The notes beneath the pieces are model-generated. The model was not told where the DNA came from. It searched no databases and worked only from the letters and a program-made list of their open reading frames with translations. 64,000 bases of DNA, taken from positions 32,001 to 96,000 of IMG/VR virus record IMGVR_UViG_3300010048_000001. The stretch is one strand, 5' to 3'. Positions 54,501-62,054 of the stretch are shown here, in pieces (within the stretch, counting starts at the first letter, position 1; each line of letters starts with the position of its first letter). The position numbers were made by a program, and so were the translations under genes. Source of the DNA: a virus.

Positions 54501-57196
54501 CAAGCCGCGGCGTAGCTGTAGTCTGGCGGCGTGCTGAATTGCTGGAAACGATCCTTCTCGCCGGCGCGCACCGTCTGCGTCGGGAGGAGTTTCTTCATTG
54601 CCTCTAACTGACCAACGATATCCGTCGCAGCCGGCAGAGCTTCTCGTGGATTAATCCCTCCCGGGCGTCTGGTGACCCATTGATTAACGCCGAGTTCAAG
54701 TGCGTCATAAAGTTGATCGCGGGTAAATTTCTTTTCGGCAAGCGTCCCGCCAAAAGATTTCTCGGCCATCGCCTGAAGATCTTTCGGGCTTAACGCCTTG
54801 TTACGATTTCGAGCGTCTTCGAGCGCCTCTGTTACCTGATCGGCCAGCTGGAACGGCGGCGTCTTCTCGCCCGGCTGAGCCGCGGCCGAGGCCGGATTCA
54901 GCTTCTCCGGCTCCGTCAGGGAGAATGACGATTGCCCGATCGGGTTCTTGAGATCCCCCTCGCGCACCCACGTCTTGATCTCGTCGAGCGACATCGGCGT
55001 GACATTGCCGACGCGGTCCGGCCCGGTTCCATCTGAAAACAAATCGGCGAAAGCGTTCTTGGCCTCATCTACATTCCGGTAGCCGAGCATGACGCGATGC
55101 CCGTCGAATGCTCCGGTCTCGGGATGCGCCTGGTCTATCACGAACGCGTGATGGCTCTCCGGGTTGGGTCCTAGAGAGGTCGCGACTTGGTTGCCACCTT
55201 CGGTGATCCTGCCCTGATCTACCGGGTTCGCGTTCCCCTCGGCGTCTGCGGCACCCTCGGGGAAGTCCATCGTAAAGTCGAGGCCGTGGAAGTCGACCTT
55301 GCCTTCTCCCGGCTCAGCGTAGCGTGCATCTCGTATTTCTCGCCCGACCTCGAGCGGATCGCGCGGGTTTGACGCTCTCGGCGGCGGGGTGGGCTCTTCG
55401 GCTGGGGCCGCTATCGGCGCTGTTGGTTCCGGCGCTACGACTGGGGTGCTTGGCGGCGCCTCGGGAGCAGCCGGCGGCGGCGGAGCGGTGGCCGCTTCAG
55501 GCCTAGCGATTTCAGGCGGCGGAACAACAACTGGGGGCGGCGGCGCGACAGCCTCTACCGGGGGCGGGACAGGCTGGGTCGGGGTTGGCGGTGGCACGGG
55601 AGCCGCCGGCGTAGAAGAAATCTCTGTCAGTTTGTCCCGAGCCTCTTGGGCCGCAACGTCCTCTGGACCGATTGTCGGCTGCGGCGTGGGCTCCATCGGC
55701 TTCGCCGTGGCTGTCGCGACTTGCTCCGCTTTGGCACTCTCGACAGCTTCTGGGGGCACGGTGGCGACTGGCGGCGGGGGGATAGTAGCGGTCACCGGGG
55801 GAACTTCAGGTGGCGACGGCGCGGGAGCTGGTGTCACGAGTGTTGGCTCGGCGGGCGGAAACTCCGGCGCTGCGGCAGTCGCGGCCGGAGCCTCGCCGGC
55901 CGGAGGCACTTCGGTAAGCGTATCTACAGCCGGAGTAGCCGTCGCGGGGCGTTCTGGGGAGCCGGCAAGATGGCTGATCGCAGCATGCCCTACCAATGGC
56001 AACGCTGTTCCAACAATGGCACCGGGGATTTCTGCGGCGACACCCTCACCGGCGGGCTTGCCCTCGACGATATTCTCCGCAGCACGTCCCGCTGCCGACA
56101 CCGCAGGCTGCACCCCGAACGCCTGGAAGAGCATGTTCTTGATAGTGCTGGCGAACGGCTGAACACCGAACAGCCCCCAGCCTACGGCCCCGATCGCTCC
56201 ACTCGCGACGCTGCGCTTTATTGCCGTGTCGAAAGCCGCATCAGGATCGCTTGGGTTCTCCTTCATCGCGGCTGCGAATTGCGGACCAATCGACTGCACG
56301 GTGCTGCCCAACCATGCGCCTGCAGCGCCGCCCACCATGCCACCGACTGGGCCAGCCAGTGCTGTTCCGGCCGCCCCGCCGACGATGCCGGCGGCAGCTG
56401 TCGGATAGCTTTTGGCTAGCTGATATTCTGCCTTCCGGGCCAGCAGCCCCGGACTGGCAAAGTCTTTCCACTCAACCGGCTGCGCCTCCGGGATTGTTTC
56501 GGCTTCTGGTTCCGGCGCCTTGGCGTGGCCCTTTAGGGCTGCCTCCGCCTGCTCGCCCATCGCGAGCTCTTTAGTGCCGGCTTTTAGGCCGGCGAGAGCG
56601 GTTCCTACCCAGCCAGTAGAGGGCGGCGGCGGGGGCTGCTCAAGAGGTTTGAGGCTCGAAAAGTCGAGGGGTTTCAACTGTGAAAAATCAAGCGACGGAG
56701 GAGCTGGCTGTTCTTCAGCCGGCTTAAGAGACGAAAAATCGAGGCCTGCCGAGCCCCCCGTTTGTAATGCTATCGTCCCGCCGTCAGCATGCTTCTCAAT
56801 CGGCTCTTGTGCGTTACAGCACGCGTGCCGACTCACCTTAGTGTTAAGGTCGAAAGTCTCCGGAGCCTTTTTGTTCAGAGAGGCGTAAAGCCCACACGTT
56901 TCTGGCTCATCAAAGAACCGACAGTGCTCACAACGCACCGCACGTTTAACAAGGCCCGCCTCCTTAGGTGTCCAGGATTTTGTGATCGGCTGATCATCGC
57001 TCGGGGTCCCAAACGCGTACCCACCACATGACCACCCAGCGAGGACATGCTCGCCATCCATCGGCGCGCACTTCTCCTTGCCCGGCATGAAGAAACGACA
57101 CGACTCGCACTGCGCGAATTTCTCTGGATCCCCCTTGGGATCCATGTAGAGAAACGCATCGCGCGTGACTTTTTTGGCTTCGCCGTCGAATGGCAT
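45572..57196 (-). CDS. Giant polyvalent virion-injected protein (DarB-like): Cys-rich N-terminus, inorganic-pyrophosphatase-like domain, N6 DNA methyltransferase, strawberry-notch SF2 helicase (intein-split), JAB/MPN domain, LPD38-like C-terminus
   Basis: FVIDQ..FD.H.VMLGY; QFSTPP/VLEPSAGNG/MNPPFS; GFFLGDGTGTGKGR/FDE|SH/YVSATGA/QGFGRTHRTNQ; HE..HNHP-x6-S-x2-D; RIPKPFEVG..DSYTGRPIV. Confidence 0.9.
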   Translation of the reverse strand: MPFDGEAKKVTRDAFLYMDPKGDPEKFAQCESCRFFMPGKEKCAPMDGEHVLAGWSCGGYAFGTPSDDQPITKSWTPKEAGLVKRAVRCEHCRFFDEPETCGLYASLNKKAPETFDLNTKVSRHACCNAQEPIEKHADGGTIALQTGGSAGLDFSSLKPAEEQPAPPSLDFSQLKPLDFSSLKPLEQPPPPPSTGWVGTALAGLKAGTKELAMGEQAEAALKGHAKAPEPEAETIPEAQPVEWKDFASPGLLARKAEYQLAKSYPTAAAGIVGGAAGTALAGPVGGMVGGAAGAWLGSTVQSIGPQFAAAMKENPSDPDAAFDTAIKRSVASGAIGAVGWGLFGVQPFASTIKNMLFQAFGVQPAVSAAGRAAENIVEGKPAGEGVAAEIPGAIVGTALPLVGHAAISHLAGSPERPATATPAVDTLTEVPPAGEAPAATAAAPEFPPAEPTLVTPAPAPSPPEVPPVTATIPPPPVATVPPEAVESAKAEQVATATAKPMEPTPQPTIGPEDVAAQEARDKLTEISSTPAAPVPPPTPTQPVPPPVEAVAPPPPVVVPPPEIARPEAATAPPPPAAPEAPPSTPVVAPEPTAPIAAPAEEPTPPPRASNPRDPLEVGREIRDARYAEPGEGKVDFHGLDFTMDFPEGAADAEGNANPVDQGRITEGGNQVATSLGPNPESHHAFVIDQAHPETGAFDGHRVMLGYRNVDEAKNAFADLFSDGTGPDRVGNVTPMSLDEIKTWVREGDLKNPIGQSSFSLTEPEKLNPASAAAQPGEKTPPFQLADQVTEALEDARNRNKALSPKDLQAMAEKSFGGTLAEKKFTRDQLYDALELGVNQWVTRRPGGINPREALPAATDIVGQLEAMKKLLPTQTVRAGEKDRFQQFSTPPDYSYAAAWMANITPEDHVLEPSAGNGSLVAMAKNAYPREITTNELFLPRAANVESLGVTRGYHENAEQLHNILPPEVRPSVVLMNPPFSQTAGRMGDKKVLMTGARHIEEAMKRLEPGGRLVAIVGRGMGMDSSTFAPWWRRMSGSFEVRANMGVPGSIYSKYGTNFGTRLLVIDKNPPSGRPPVLGEASSLPDLMQRLDEVRNDRQPTTPTEQRAPSEPVAGEPGGPAVVAPSEPAPGPTLPVSGPTPEPRVPVEPVPPGAGPAVPGGVEPGGVGALRPESRPGEGNALVPEQPAGPELGGAEPNTAVAPGTGEVVGGGGPEPHGVVLRPEGGAGSVLPAGGESSGVEAGEPLPEAAKVDEVVADPAGSHGEVTEAVYEPYRPQRIQIEGSQAHPGALVQTAALASVMPPRVDYAPRLPNELISSGALSDAQLEAITYAGNAHSQILPAIAGETPFRRGFFLGDGTGTGKGRQVAGIILDNYMQGKKKALWISENKTLIEDAQRDWKGLGRDPKEIFNLGKVKAGNDLTADRGIAFTTYDTLKGGERLGKDEKTGKTLQGKRRIDQLANWLGPDFDGVIAFDECVPAGTLIATPNGSRPIESLEVGDCVLGFDHAENRVVPTSVKRTFTRATRAHLHVIGPVIMTGNHPVWTEDSGYVPAVWIDENDRIRYLSQDGKHTYMRKLREGIPGQIPAQQKSLLQQVMHCASHCRQDGFGKITHERRAPRGVRSSCPSSTEQNETDGAISGVIGGISVLRAEPVSQYGLREATYREPSQERAWREWEANASGTGIIARASQVGAGIPSGRQASPRRVPALLPDRYCESCPEDCYRSRRPQPQGRGTSAKRCAENRISRESWVGGSAVREFPHPQGSRTGCGRDRCSRSVEVFNVETGTANYFANGLLVHNSHNLANSVAQKGSRGTKEAAAKALAGIELQQKLPNARVVYVSATGATEVSNLAYAERLGLWGRGTAFPSKQSFIQNIGSGGIAAMELVARDMKAMGSYVSRNLSYDDVKYDRLEHQLTPEQRENYDELAGAWQTVLKNINAALGITGEPGGRTGEPQASPRARMAAMSAFWSGHQRFFNQIITAMQMPSVLRAIEGDLKEGQQAVLQLVNTNEASQKRAIERVKGGAEEAPEDLEDLDLTPRDQLMQMVEKSFPVAQWEKYIDENGNERWQVVKDSQGNIVENPEAVRMRDELLDKLGSIRVPHGPLEMLLNHFGTDRVAEVTGRKQRVVHKPDEKGVTRATLESRPGDSNAAETDAFQNAKKPILVFSQAGGTGRSYHADLTAPSSNAQRSHYLVQAGWRADKAIQGFGRTHRTNQASAPIFHLVTTDLQGQRRFISSIARRLSQLGALTKGERRAGEQGLFSARDNLESPEASAALRSFWGSMRRGEIGTIEPADFEAQTGLRLKDENGNPTDPPEITQFLNRLLSLKFDMQNKVFGEFEDRLNDAVDSAAAAGTLDVGTETLKGDRITKEADQPIYKDPQSGAETKYVRLKVENKNHPATFDQIAAGQRNLSGRKPLFYAISKRTGKVFAVAEASNTTDPNTGAVTENYRLAGPLDWQYAARRNIDGPLADRNWELVRDEAQARDLWDKQLATIPEYSAKTQHLITGSILPIWDRLSGTPKVYRLQTADGERMLGRVVDEDHIGQVLRSLGAETAGKTYEPAEVAQRVLDGDRATLANGWTIRRATVAGEPRLELTGPDYRDRPELENSGAFVERIGYQTRFFIPTGERAAEVLSAIMGNRRPVVEMQRGREEGLAANPRGWESTGPGENPYAGIKRASNTTEEAQGLRASPEYSPDLVGGHEAARDYVSSAGLLSGHEYFAIVGQDGQIIEAGTSGHPSAIKFSDGLLRRLWDPDTVPAAFHHNHPAARNPLSIPDIMSLAAHGIASVTAEGSDGHITSASLTPEGRALLEPLNPVERQEQIRQMAASAEATAAKVIDPLVKRGMLPRERANELLWEARNRLLAAGGLIDYVSTKDIPAWLKARLVKDVRGMDEGETSDRLYRSAGALRPKEAMAAISGTHAGIAAGRSTGEGGNRGSEASIVAAGAEAPKLGLSASGPPGGGPPTSPPGGGRWGTPEERGKDLESIQRTDRRSFLDRTREKLSAIRDQGVTGAVAHVLDNLAGLERQEKIAGGGKLLPAALSPTEAARLARNSHAVSRFVIERGQVRFDPTSGRVEQIEGAKPLQEILKPIADMGQSALDDFQLWASIKRGERLLGEGRERNITPEMVDKYRDLDQLYAQPDGSNPFQAAHAELQEYNHNLLNFGEATGLINPQSRTLFDHDDYVPFFRAIDPEGTKGVTPGRQGIAGQRSPIRELKGGEARFNNILDNTVMNTSAMISRGMKNRAMQLTYDMGTMTGAITPMSKAARVEFEAKLGDPAVRDFLTDLGLDPATMTAEQKEAAKGLFAAIKNPDQHPNVVSVMVDGKPQYGEVKDPLLLRSIAALGPSTVNGLTRVLAGPARLLRGAVVFDPAFALAHNLRMALHAYALTGTNPIASMTSAVRMARGLDPIALKLMSAGTVSGHYDIDMPRSVREQIEGKEFQNSLVQTAADWYRFVKKIGEGMTRAADLGPRAAVYEHILAKTGDEAEAMRQARDLLDFSTHGDGAIPMFLAQTIPFLNARWQGLARTGRGLIGEDRNAVLTRMGLMAGAAIALWEYNQENHKEQWDKLEDWDRQYAYHVWLGNGPDAVHVRIPKPFEVGALTGSLPEMLLDYFNGTEAGSTRALTKAFTAMVLNTFKFNPIPVAVKPAIETYFNTDSYTGRPIVNEADEAQNAAGLYSPLNSPSIVALTHAYNAVSPVKASPEVVQHLLRGYVAGWASYITAATDAIGESAGWLPQQAAWGGADTPVLNRFVREGPEAANRIQTDFYDLKKEVSIVGQGMKKASQMGDAEAVERLRQEHPEYSPQLDKAMQRAGMVLARQRKQLQATLMNQGASAEAKRRALDQFYITRDKEMEQLRPMVRRAEGLPTAP
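48334..48498 (-). CDS. Small gene nested in the +1 frame of the giant ORF, after the JAB domain
   Basis: GAGGGAG-6nt-GTG start (alternative ATG at 48513); amphipathic product IDPPGRYAPKRQWQQFLEHMQELPQDDPQVKAAIEEAKQAL, while the main frame is featureless. Confidence 0.6.
   Translation of the reverse strand: MIGFIDPPGRYAPKRQWQQFLEHMQELPQDDPQVKAAIEEAKQALSLQGQKPRS
51850..52497 (-). CDS. DUF559/Vsr-like endonuclease overprinted in the +1 frame inside the intein
   Basis: CENCGREF..YCSRSC Zn finger; YRIDIA..IAIEVDGHSH..D..K.A.L...GW.VLRF.N. Confidence 0.88.
   Translation of the reverse strand: MANTHICENCGREFPVKYPHNKNLYCSRSCTAQATAARMGSVRSRMSEERRAAFDQAARVRLNKTRRTEQYQESLAGYLSSERNPFHNMDYAKRHIGNPAKSGRGGNGKPMPPAQALLLGHLRWEPEFPVGVKPVREGYPRCYRIDIANPVLRIAIEVDGHSHKAAARQQSDARKTAYLENLGWVVLRFENSRILKEVELVVAEIDAVALSRYST
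52498..52533 (-). promoter_or_regulatory. Putative internal sigma70 promoter for a leaderless endonuclease transcript
   Basis: TTGACG (52533-52528)-17 bp-TATCTA (52510-52505)-7 bp-ATG (52497); no SD. Confidence 0.6.
53479..53913 (-). CDS. 144-aa gene nested in the +1 frame of the giant ORF, after the methyltransferase domain
   Basis: GAGGTG-agaa-ATG; W/L/Q-rich helical product; G/C-ending codons shift to this frame while the main frame becomes P/G/E/A-rich. Confidence 0.7.
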   Translation of the reverse strand: MIGNPQLLRNNGLPVNQWPVNQAAQRWLRQANQPPDPHSPYLVQLLNLGFQSSLFLPGQGQQYRAELSQAASELYDPSLDPVKVMRWFQSNPQGPSWAEQSQTLLSLLEQARSWEEAAQSLMEWFYDLKAGQDPYYRPAASHQG

Positions 57197-60100
57197 TACG
57201 GTTTAACCATCAGGCCGTTAGGCGTCTGAATGATGCTGCCCGCCGGGGCGTTATCGATGTCAGCCTGCGTCTTGGGAACCAGAGGATTGGTGCGGGTCCA
57301 TTGTTGTGGTGCCGGTGAGGAGGTGCCTGCTGCGGGAGCCGTTCCACCCGGCCTGCCATACTCACCTTCCGCCTGCCTCATAAAATCCGGGACCTGTTCG
57401 CCGGGTGACGCGCCGAATGGATGGCTTAATTCGTACTGCTTCTGAAGGAACGTAGCCCGGTCCTTGATCTGGGTTTCGCGGTTAGCGGGCGTCTGCTCGT
57501 GCTTTGCCGTTGGATAGAACCCCTGCTCCTTGCCGTCCGGCCCAAGCAGCAACGTGCCGGATTGCCCGTCCTTCACAACGTCCTGGACCTGTATGGGACG
57601 CTGATTCTGTTTAGCCGATTCCCGTAGCTGTTCCAGAGCAGCGTGGTGAGCCTCTGTCTCGTCTAGCCCACGCTTCCGTAGATCAAGGATCGCGCCCTGA
57701 TAGGACGCCGTCAGATCCAATTTCTGCTGAGCTTGTCCCAGCTTCTCCTCACCAAACTGCTGTTGCTGAGCGAGTTTCGCGCGATTGAAGTCCGCCAGGT
57801 CCGCCATGCGGGCGGCAGCTTGCTGCGCTGTCTGCATACGCGCTTCCGCAACCTCGCCGCTCTGTCGGGTGTGCTCTTGCTGCTGTCCGTATTTAAGCCC
57901 GGTTTCTAGCCCCTCGCCGAGGGCTACGCCAGGGAACGGAGAGCGTGAAGAGAGCATCCCAGCGCCGATCGCAATCGGGATCATCCAGGGACTCTGCAGG
58001 AAATCGGAGCCTTTGGGCTCTCCGGATTGAGGCGGCGCTGCGGGCGGATTAGCTAATCCCGCTTGGCCCGAATCACTAATAAGCCCGCTGGAACGCTCGT
58101 ACCGCCCACCCATCGTCGGGATCATCATCCCGGTCTTGGTAGTTCCCAGCCCTCTTTCAAGATGATCCCCAGAATCCGCCGGTCGCTCGAAATATTTCTT
58201 CCAGAGACCATTCGCCGCCTCTCGTGTGGGAGCGCTCTTGATCTCGTTCCAGTGCTGCGTGGCAACGGGGTCGCCGCCTGTAACCTGCGAAAGAGCCCAC
58301 GCGTGTTGCACGTTGGGATCTTGCCAATTCGGATGCTGCTGTAAATTAGCTGCACGATCCAGATGAGCTTGATACAGCCCTACGCTGGGACCGCCCTTAT
58401 CGGCGCTAACGTTAGTCGGATCGAAACCGCTCTCTCTCTGGACATTATCCGCAATTCCCTGCGCGACATGCTCAGGAACTCCGGCATTTTTCATCCACCA
58501 GTTGACTGTCTGCTCCCGGTTCTCAGTTGGGGGAGTTGGCGGCGGCGCCGAGGCTATGCTCCCAGTGGGGGCCGAAATATCGACCTTGCCAAGATCGAGG
58601 CCCTGGCTTGCCGGCGCGCCGAGTCCAGATGCCAATGTAGGCGGCGGACGCGTAGGATCATCGACACTGCCACCAAGCTGCATGCCGCCCCAGAGCTGCT
58701 GGTCGAGCATATAATTGAGCGCCGGCGGCACACCTCCACCATCCTGCATCGGAGAAGCACTGGCGGTCGGTTGCGACGGCTGCCCGAACTGCGGTTGCTG
58801 CAACGCGATCCCGGCACCCGGCGTCATCTCTTTTGCCTGGATCGCCCGCTGAATCAGCGCACCTTGCTGGGTATTCGGCGGGAACCGCACGGCGAGTTCG
58901 CGCAATTGCTCGAGTGAACGCTGCGTCAGACCCTGGTAAAATCCCTGCGTGTTCGGCGTCGTTCCGGACAGCGGCGCCGCCGCAGTCAACGGCGACACCG
59001 CGCCACCGACCTGCAACATGCGCCGGCCGAGGCCGCCGGGATGCTGACTCAGCCCATGGCCAAGCCCGATCTCGTGCATAGAGCCGAGACCCCTGCCAAA
59101 ATGGCTGCCGCTTATCCCGGGCAGATGTGCTATGCGACCGCCGAGTTGATTTCCTACAGGCGATGTGTTCACTCCGGGAGTGTCGAAGACACCGAGGCCC
59201 TTCATGGAATTGAGGGTTTGAAAGAATTGAAGGGGCGACATCCCACTGGAAGATAAAGTTTGTGGGCTGGACATTGGCGGCTTCGGCGGGCCCGGGCCAT
59301 TAGTGCTGCCCGGCATCGTAATATAGCTGCCAATTTGCGGAACGCCTGGAGATGCCCCAAGGCCAGGCTGAGAGGCGCCATATCCTGGCACTAGCCCGCC
59401 AGCTTGCCGTTTCGCCACACCGCCGCCTCGATCAAACAGCGCAAACGGCGCTGCCCCAGCGAATGCATCGCCGAAGCCATTCAGAGCTCCCGCCTCCCCT
59501 GCCGAGAGAGCCCCAGACCCAAAAAGGGATCCCAGCCCGCTAGTCAGCCAGCCATTCGCTCCGAACCCTCCGGTCGCGCCAATGATACCGGTACCGGCCA
59601 GCCCAAGGCCGGCAATCTGGCTCACCGGGCTGGGGCCCGGATAGCTCGTGGAGCCCGACCCGCCGGCCAGCGCTCCCGTGCCCTCGGTGATGCCCGAGAG
59701 CCAATTCAGCTGTTGGTACGGATAGGCTTGCTGCTGGATGAACTGCTCATAGGGGATATTGAGCTCTTGCTGCGCTTGAGCTTGTTCCTGCCCGCCTTCC
59801 GTATTCAGCGCGCTCGCTAATCCCAGCCTCTCGTTCTGTGCGGTTTGTCCAAGATTACCCAAACCGAATGCGGCCTGTGAATTGAGCCAATCGGTCGCTT
59901 GCTCAGCTGATAGTTGCGTTTGCTGCTGAGTATTAAACTCGCCCAGCTGCTGCTGCCCGATGCCGGCCAATGCTTGGGCTGCGCCAAGGCTGAGTTGCCC
60001 CTGGGTTCCAAGGGCTCCCGCCTCCGCCTGCGCCGCACCGAGAGACTGCTGGCCTGCGCCGAGAGAGATCTGCCCGGCTCCGAGACCGAGCTGCCCCTGC

Positions 60101-61122
60101 CCTTGCAAAGCCCCGGAGGTCAGCTGACCCGCGCCGAGCGCGGCCTGTGCAGCACCCAAGCCCAGCTGACCTTGAGTGCCCATTGCGCCAGACACAAGCT
60201 GCCCAGCGCCAAGCCCGAGCGTCCCTTGAATCTGGGCTTGTTGCTGGGCAAGTTGCTGCTCAGCATTAAGTTCTTGCTGTGCCTGCGCAAACCCTTGTTG
60301 CTGAATGCCGGCGAGGACCGGCGCCTGGGCAAGCTGCTGCTGGCGGGCCGTTAGTGCTTGGGCAACTGCTTGGCGGTCGCCGCCGAACGCTCCCGCAGCT
60401 GCGGCATTGCCGGCAACTTGAGATTGCTGCTCCGCGTTCTGCTCGTTGAAGAGTGCTTGGGTAGCACTCGTGACGGCCGACTGATATGGATTGAAATACG
60501 TGCCGAGATCGGCATAAGTCGGCGTATTCCCTGGAAGGCCAGTTGCCGCATTGCTGGCGATGCCGGCATAAGGCGAAATTGCCCCCGCGATATTCTGTCC
60601 TGCCGCACCAAGTCCGAGACCCGTAGCAAGCGCACTCGATGGCGCTACCGCGCCGGCGATATTCGTATTTGCCGCACCAAGTCCGAGACCCTGTGCTGTC
60701 GACGCATAAGAGCCCTGCTGGCCCAAATAAGGCGAAATCGCCCCCGAAATATTCTGCGGAGCGCCTTGTGCTAGCTCCCCCGCGCCTAGTAAATTGCTGC
60801 CGCCCCAACTGGCATATTGGCCGGCATCTATCTGAGGAATCGACGGCCATAAAGGCTGCGTGGCATTATTAAAAGCTTGGATGGCTTCAGCATTCACCCC
60901 TGCTGTGGGATCGTTCCGCGCCATAGCCTGGACTATGCCCTGAGCGTTAAGTTGATCAGGACTAAAAGGCGCTACCAGTTGCCCAGAGTATTGTTGTAGC
61001 GGCTGAGCTGCCTGATTCTGCGCTTGGGTTGTTAAGTTAGTATAAGCATTCAGCCACTGTTGAGGCGGCTGTGAATTCTGAACTACAGTATTTGTTGATG
61101 GAGCGGGAGAACTCTTGCCCAT
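57196..61122 (-). CDS. Internal virion/DNA-ejection protein with phage-tail-lysozyme domain
   Basis: Q/A/G-rich helical repeats and GAFGGDRQAV; GI..NVQRESGFDP..S.GLYQ....R..YFERP at about 58180-58500. Confidence 0.82.
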   Translation of the reverse strand: MGKSSPAPSTNTVVQNSQPPQQWLNAYTNLTTQAQNQAAQPLQQYSGQLVAPFSPDQLNAQGIVQAMARNDPTAGVNAEAIQAFNNATQPLWPSIPQIDAGQYASWGGSNLLGAGELAQGAPQNISGAISPYLGQQGSYASTAQGLGLGAANTNIAGAVAPSSALATGLGLGAAGQNIAGAISPYAGIASNAATGLPGNTPTYADLGTYFNPYQSAVTSATQALFNEQNAEQQSQVAGNAAAAGAFGGDRQAVAQALTARQQQLAQAPVLAGIQQQGFAQAQQELNAEQQLAQQQAQIQGTLGLGAGQLVSGAMGTQGQLGLGAAQAALGAGQLTSGALQGQGQLGLGAGQISLGAGQQSLGAAQAEAGALGTQGQLSLGAAQALAGIGQQQLGEFNTQQQTQLSAEQATDWLNSQAAFGLGNLGQTAQNERLGLASALNTEGGQEQAQAQQELNIPYEQFIQQQAYPYQQLNWLSGITEGTGALAGGSGSTSYPGPSPVSQIAGLGLAGTGIIGATGGFGANGWLTSGLGSLFGSGALSAGEAGALNGFGDAFAGAAPFALFDRGGGVAKRQAGGLVPGYGASQPGLGASPGVPQIGSYITMPGSTNGPGPPKPPMSSPQTLSSSGMSPLQFFQTLNSMKGLGVFDTPGVNTSPVGNQLGGRIAHLPGISGSHFGRGLGSMHEIGLGHGLSQHPGGLGRRMLQVGGAVSPLTAAAPLSGTTPNTQGFYQGLTQRSLEQLRELAVRFPPNTQQGALIQRAIQAKEMTPGAGIALQQPQFGQPSQPTASASPMQDGGGVPPALNYMLDQQLWGGMQLGGSVDDPTRPPPTLASGLGAPASQGLDLGKVDISAPTGSIASAPPPTPPTENREQTVNWWMKNAGVPEHVAQGIADNVQRESGFDPTNVSADKGGPSVGLYQAHLDRAANLQQHPNWQDPNVQHAWALSQVTGGDPVATQHWNEIKSAPTREAANGLWKKYFERPADSGDHLERGLGTTKTGMMIPTMGGRYERSSGLISDSGQAGLANPPAAPPQSGEPKGSDFLQSPWMIPIAIGAGMLSSRSPFPGVALGEGLETGLKYGQQQEHTRQSGEVAEARMQTAQQAAARMADLADFNRAKLAQQQQFGEEKLGQAQQKLDLTASYQGAILDLRKRGLDETEAHHAALEQLRESAKQNQRPIQVQDVVKDGQSGTLLLGPDGKEQGFYPTAKHEQTPANRETQIKDRATFLQKQYELSHPFGASPGEQVPDFMRQAEGEYGRPGGTAPAAGTSSPAPQQWTRTNPLVPKTQADIDNAPAGSIIQTPNGLMVKP

Positions 61123-61233
61123 TCGTGGAGCGCTTCCGGACCAAGGGAGCGGATCCGGGGCTCCAACGCGGGTCGATTAGGTGGCCGCCACCGATCGCGG
61201 GAAGCGGATGACGCAAAAAACTATATCAGAATT

Positions 61234-61707
61234 TCATTTTATAATAAAGATCCCGCCGATCTGCCGCCCCCATCGGCGCCAAAGCGCCAGCTTGGTTTCG
61301 AGCCTTGTCTCGGAAAACGGCGAGTCAACCAACTCTATCCATTGGTCTTTACGCAATTCGTCTCGGTAGGCTTTGGCGAATTCCATCAGCGCATTATCAA
61401 GCCTCAGCGTGCGGTAAGGCTGTCTGACGAACAACCACAATATCTGTAGATGGTAGTTCTCAGTCCACCAATATCGTTCGAATACGATGCCGATCGTTCC
61501 AGCGATCCTAATTGGATCATCGGGATCGGGCGTGTCGATGACGCCGTGGAAGCCGCCTTGGCCGCGAGTCGCGAGCTCTATATGTTCCCGGATCCGATTT
61601 TCGCTTTGAACGGCGCCGAAGCTCCCGGCATCTTCGTGTTCGAGAAGGCACCGATAAAGCTGTTCCTCATCCTGCTCTAAGGCTGTGCGGACGATAATGT
61701 CAGCCAC
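61234..61707 (-). CDS. GNAT-fold acetyltransferase-like protein
   Basis: VRTA...D, GTIG....WWT, WLFVRQPYR......LMEFAK, GGIF. Confidence 0.7.
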   Translation of the reverse strand: MADIIVRTALEQDEEQLYRCLLEHEDAGSFGAVQSENRIREHIELATRGQGGFHGVIDTPDPDDPIRIAGTIGIVFERYWWTENYHLQILWLFVRQPYRTLRLDNALMEFAKAYRDELRKDQWIELVDSPFSETRLETKLALWRRWGRQIGGIFIIK

Positions 61708-62054
61708 TATCCCTCGACCACAGACCGGAAATGCCGCAAAACCCGCACCAATGTCTCCGCGTCATGTTCCCCGGGCCAGACTTGCAACGACGGGCTCAGA
61801 TCAATCATCACATAACGATCATCTAATATAACTTGAATCGCAACCTGATGCCGAGGCATTGGCCCTCTAACGTCGCTCAATAAGCTGACTGAGCTGCCGC
61901 GCTCTCCTTTGCGCCACACAACATGGCCATCATTAATGAAGGCAAACGTCGCATACGGGGTGGGCCAGCCATCATCTGCTAGCTTGCCGATAATCCGGGC
62001 GTACAAAGCCAGGAGTTTGTCTGCTTTGGTCTGTTCAGATGACGCCGACACCAA
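61707..62054 (-). CDS. Hypothetical protein
   Basis: Fills the gap between two GNAT-like genes. Confidence 0.55.
   Translation of the reverse strand: MVSASSEQTKADKLLALYARIIGKLADDGWPTPYATFAFINDGHVVWRKGERGSSVSLLSDVRGPMPRHQVAIQVILDDRYVMIDLSPSLQVWPGEHDAETLVRVLRHFRSVVEG

Noticed and set aside
55380-55950. Possible further nested gene in the N-terminal Pro-rich linker of the giant protein
   Set aside because: No same-strand alternative ORF of 60 aa or more is present. The long plus-strand ORFs here are Gly-rich antisense shadows.
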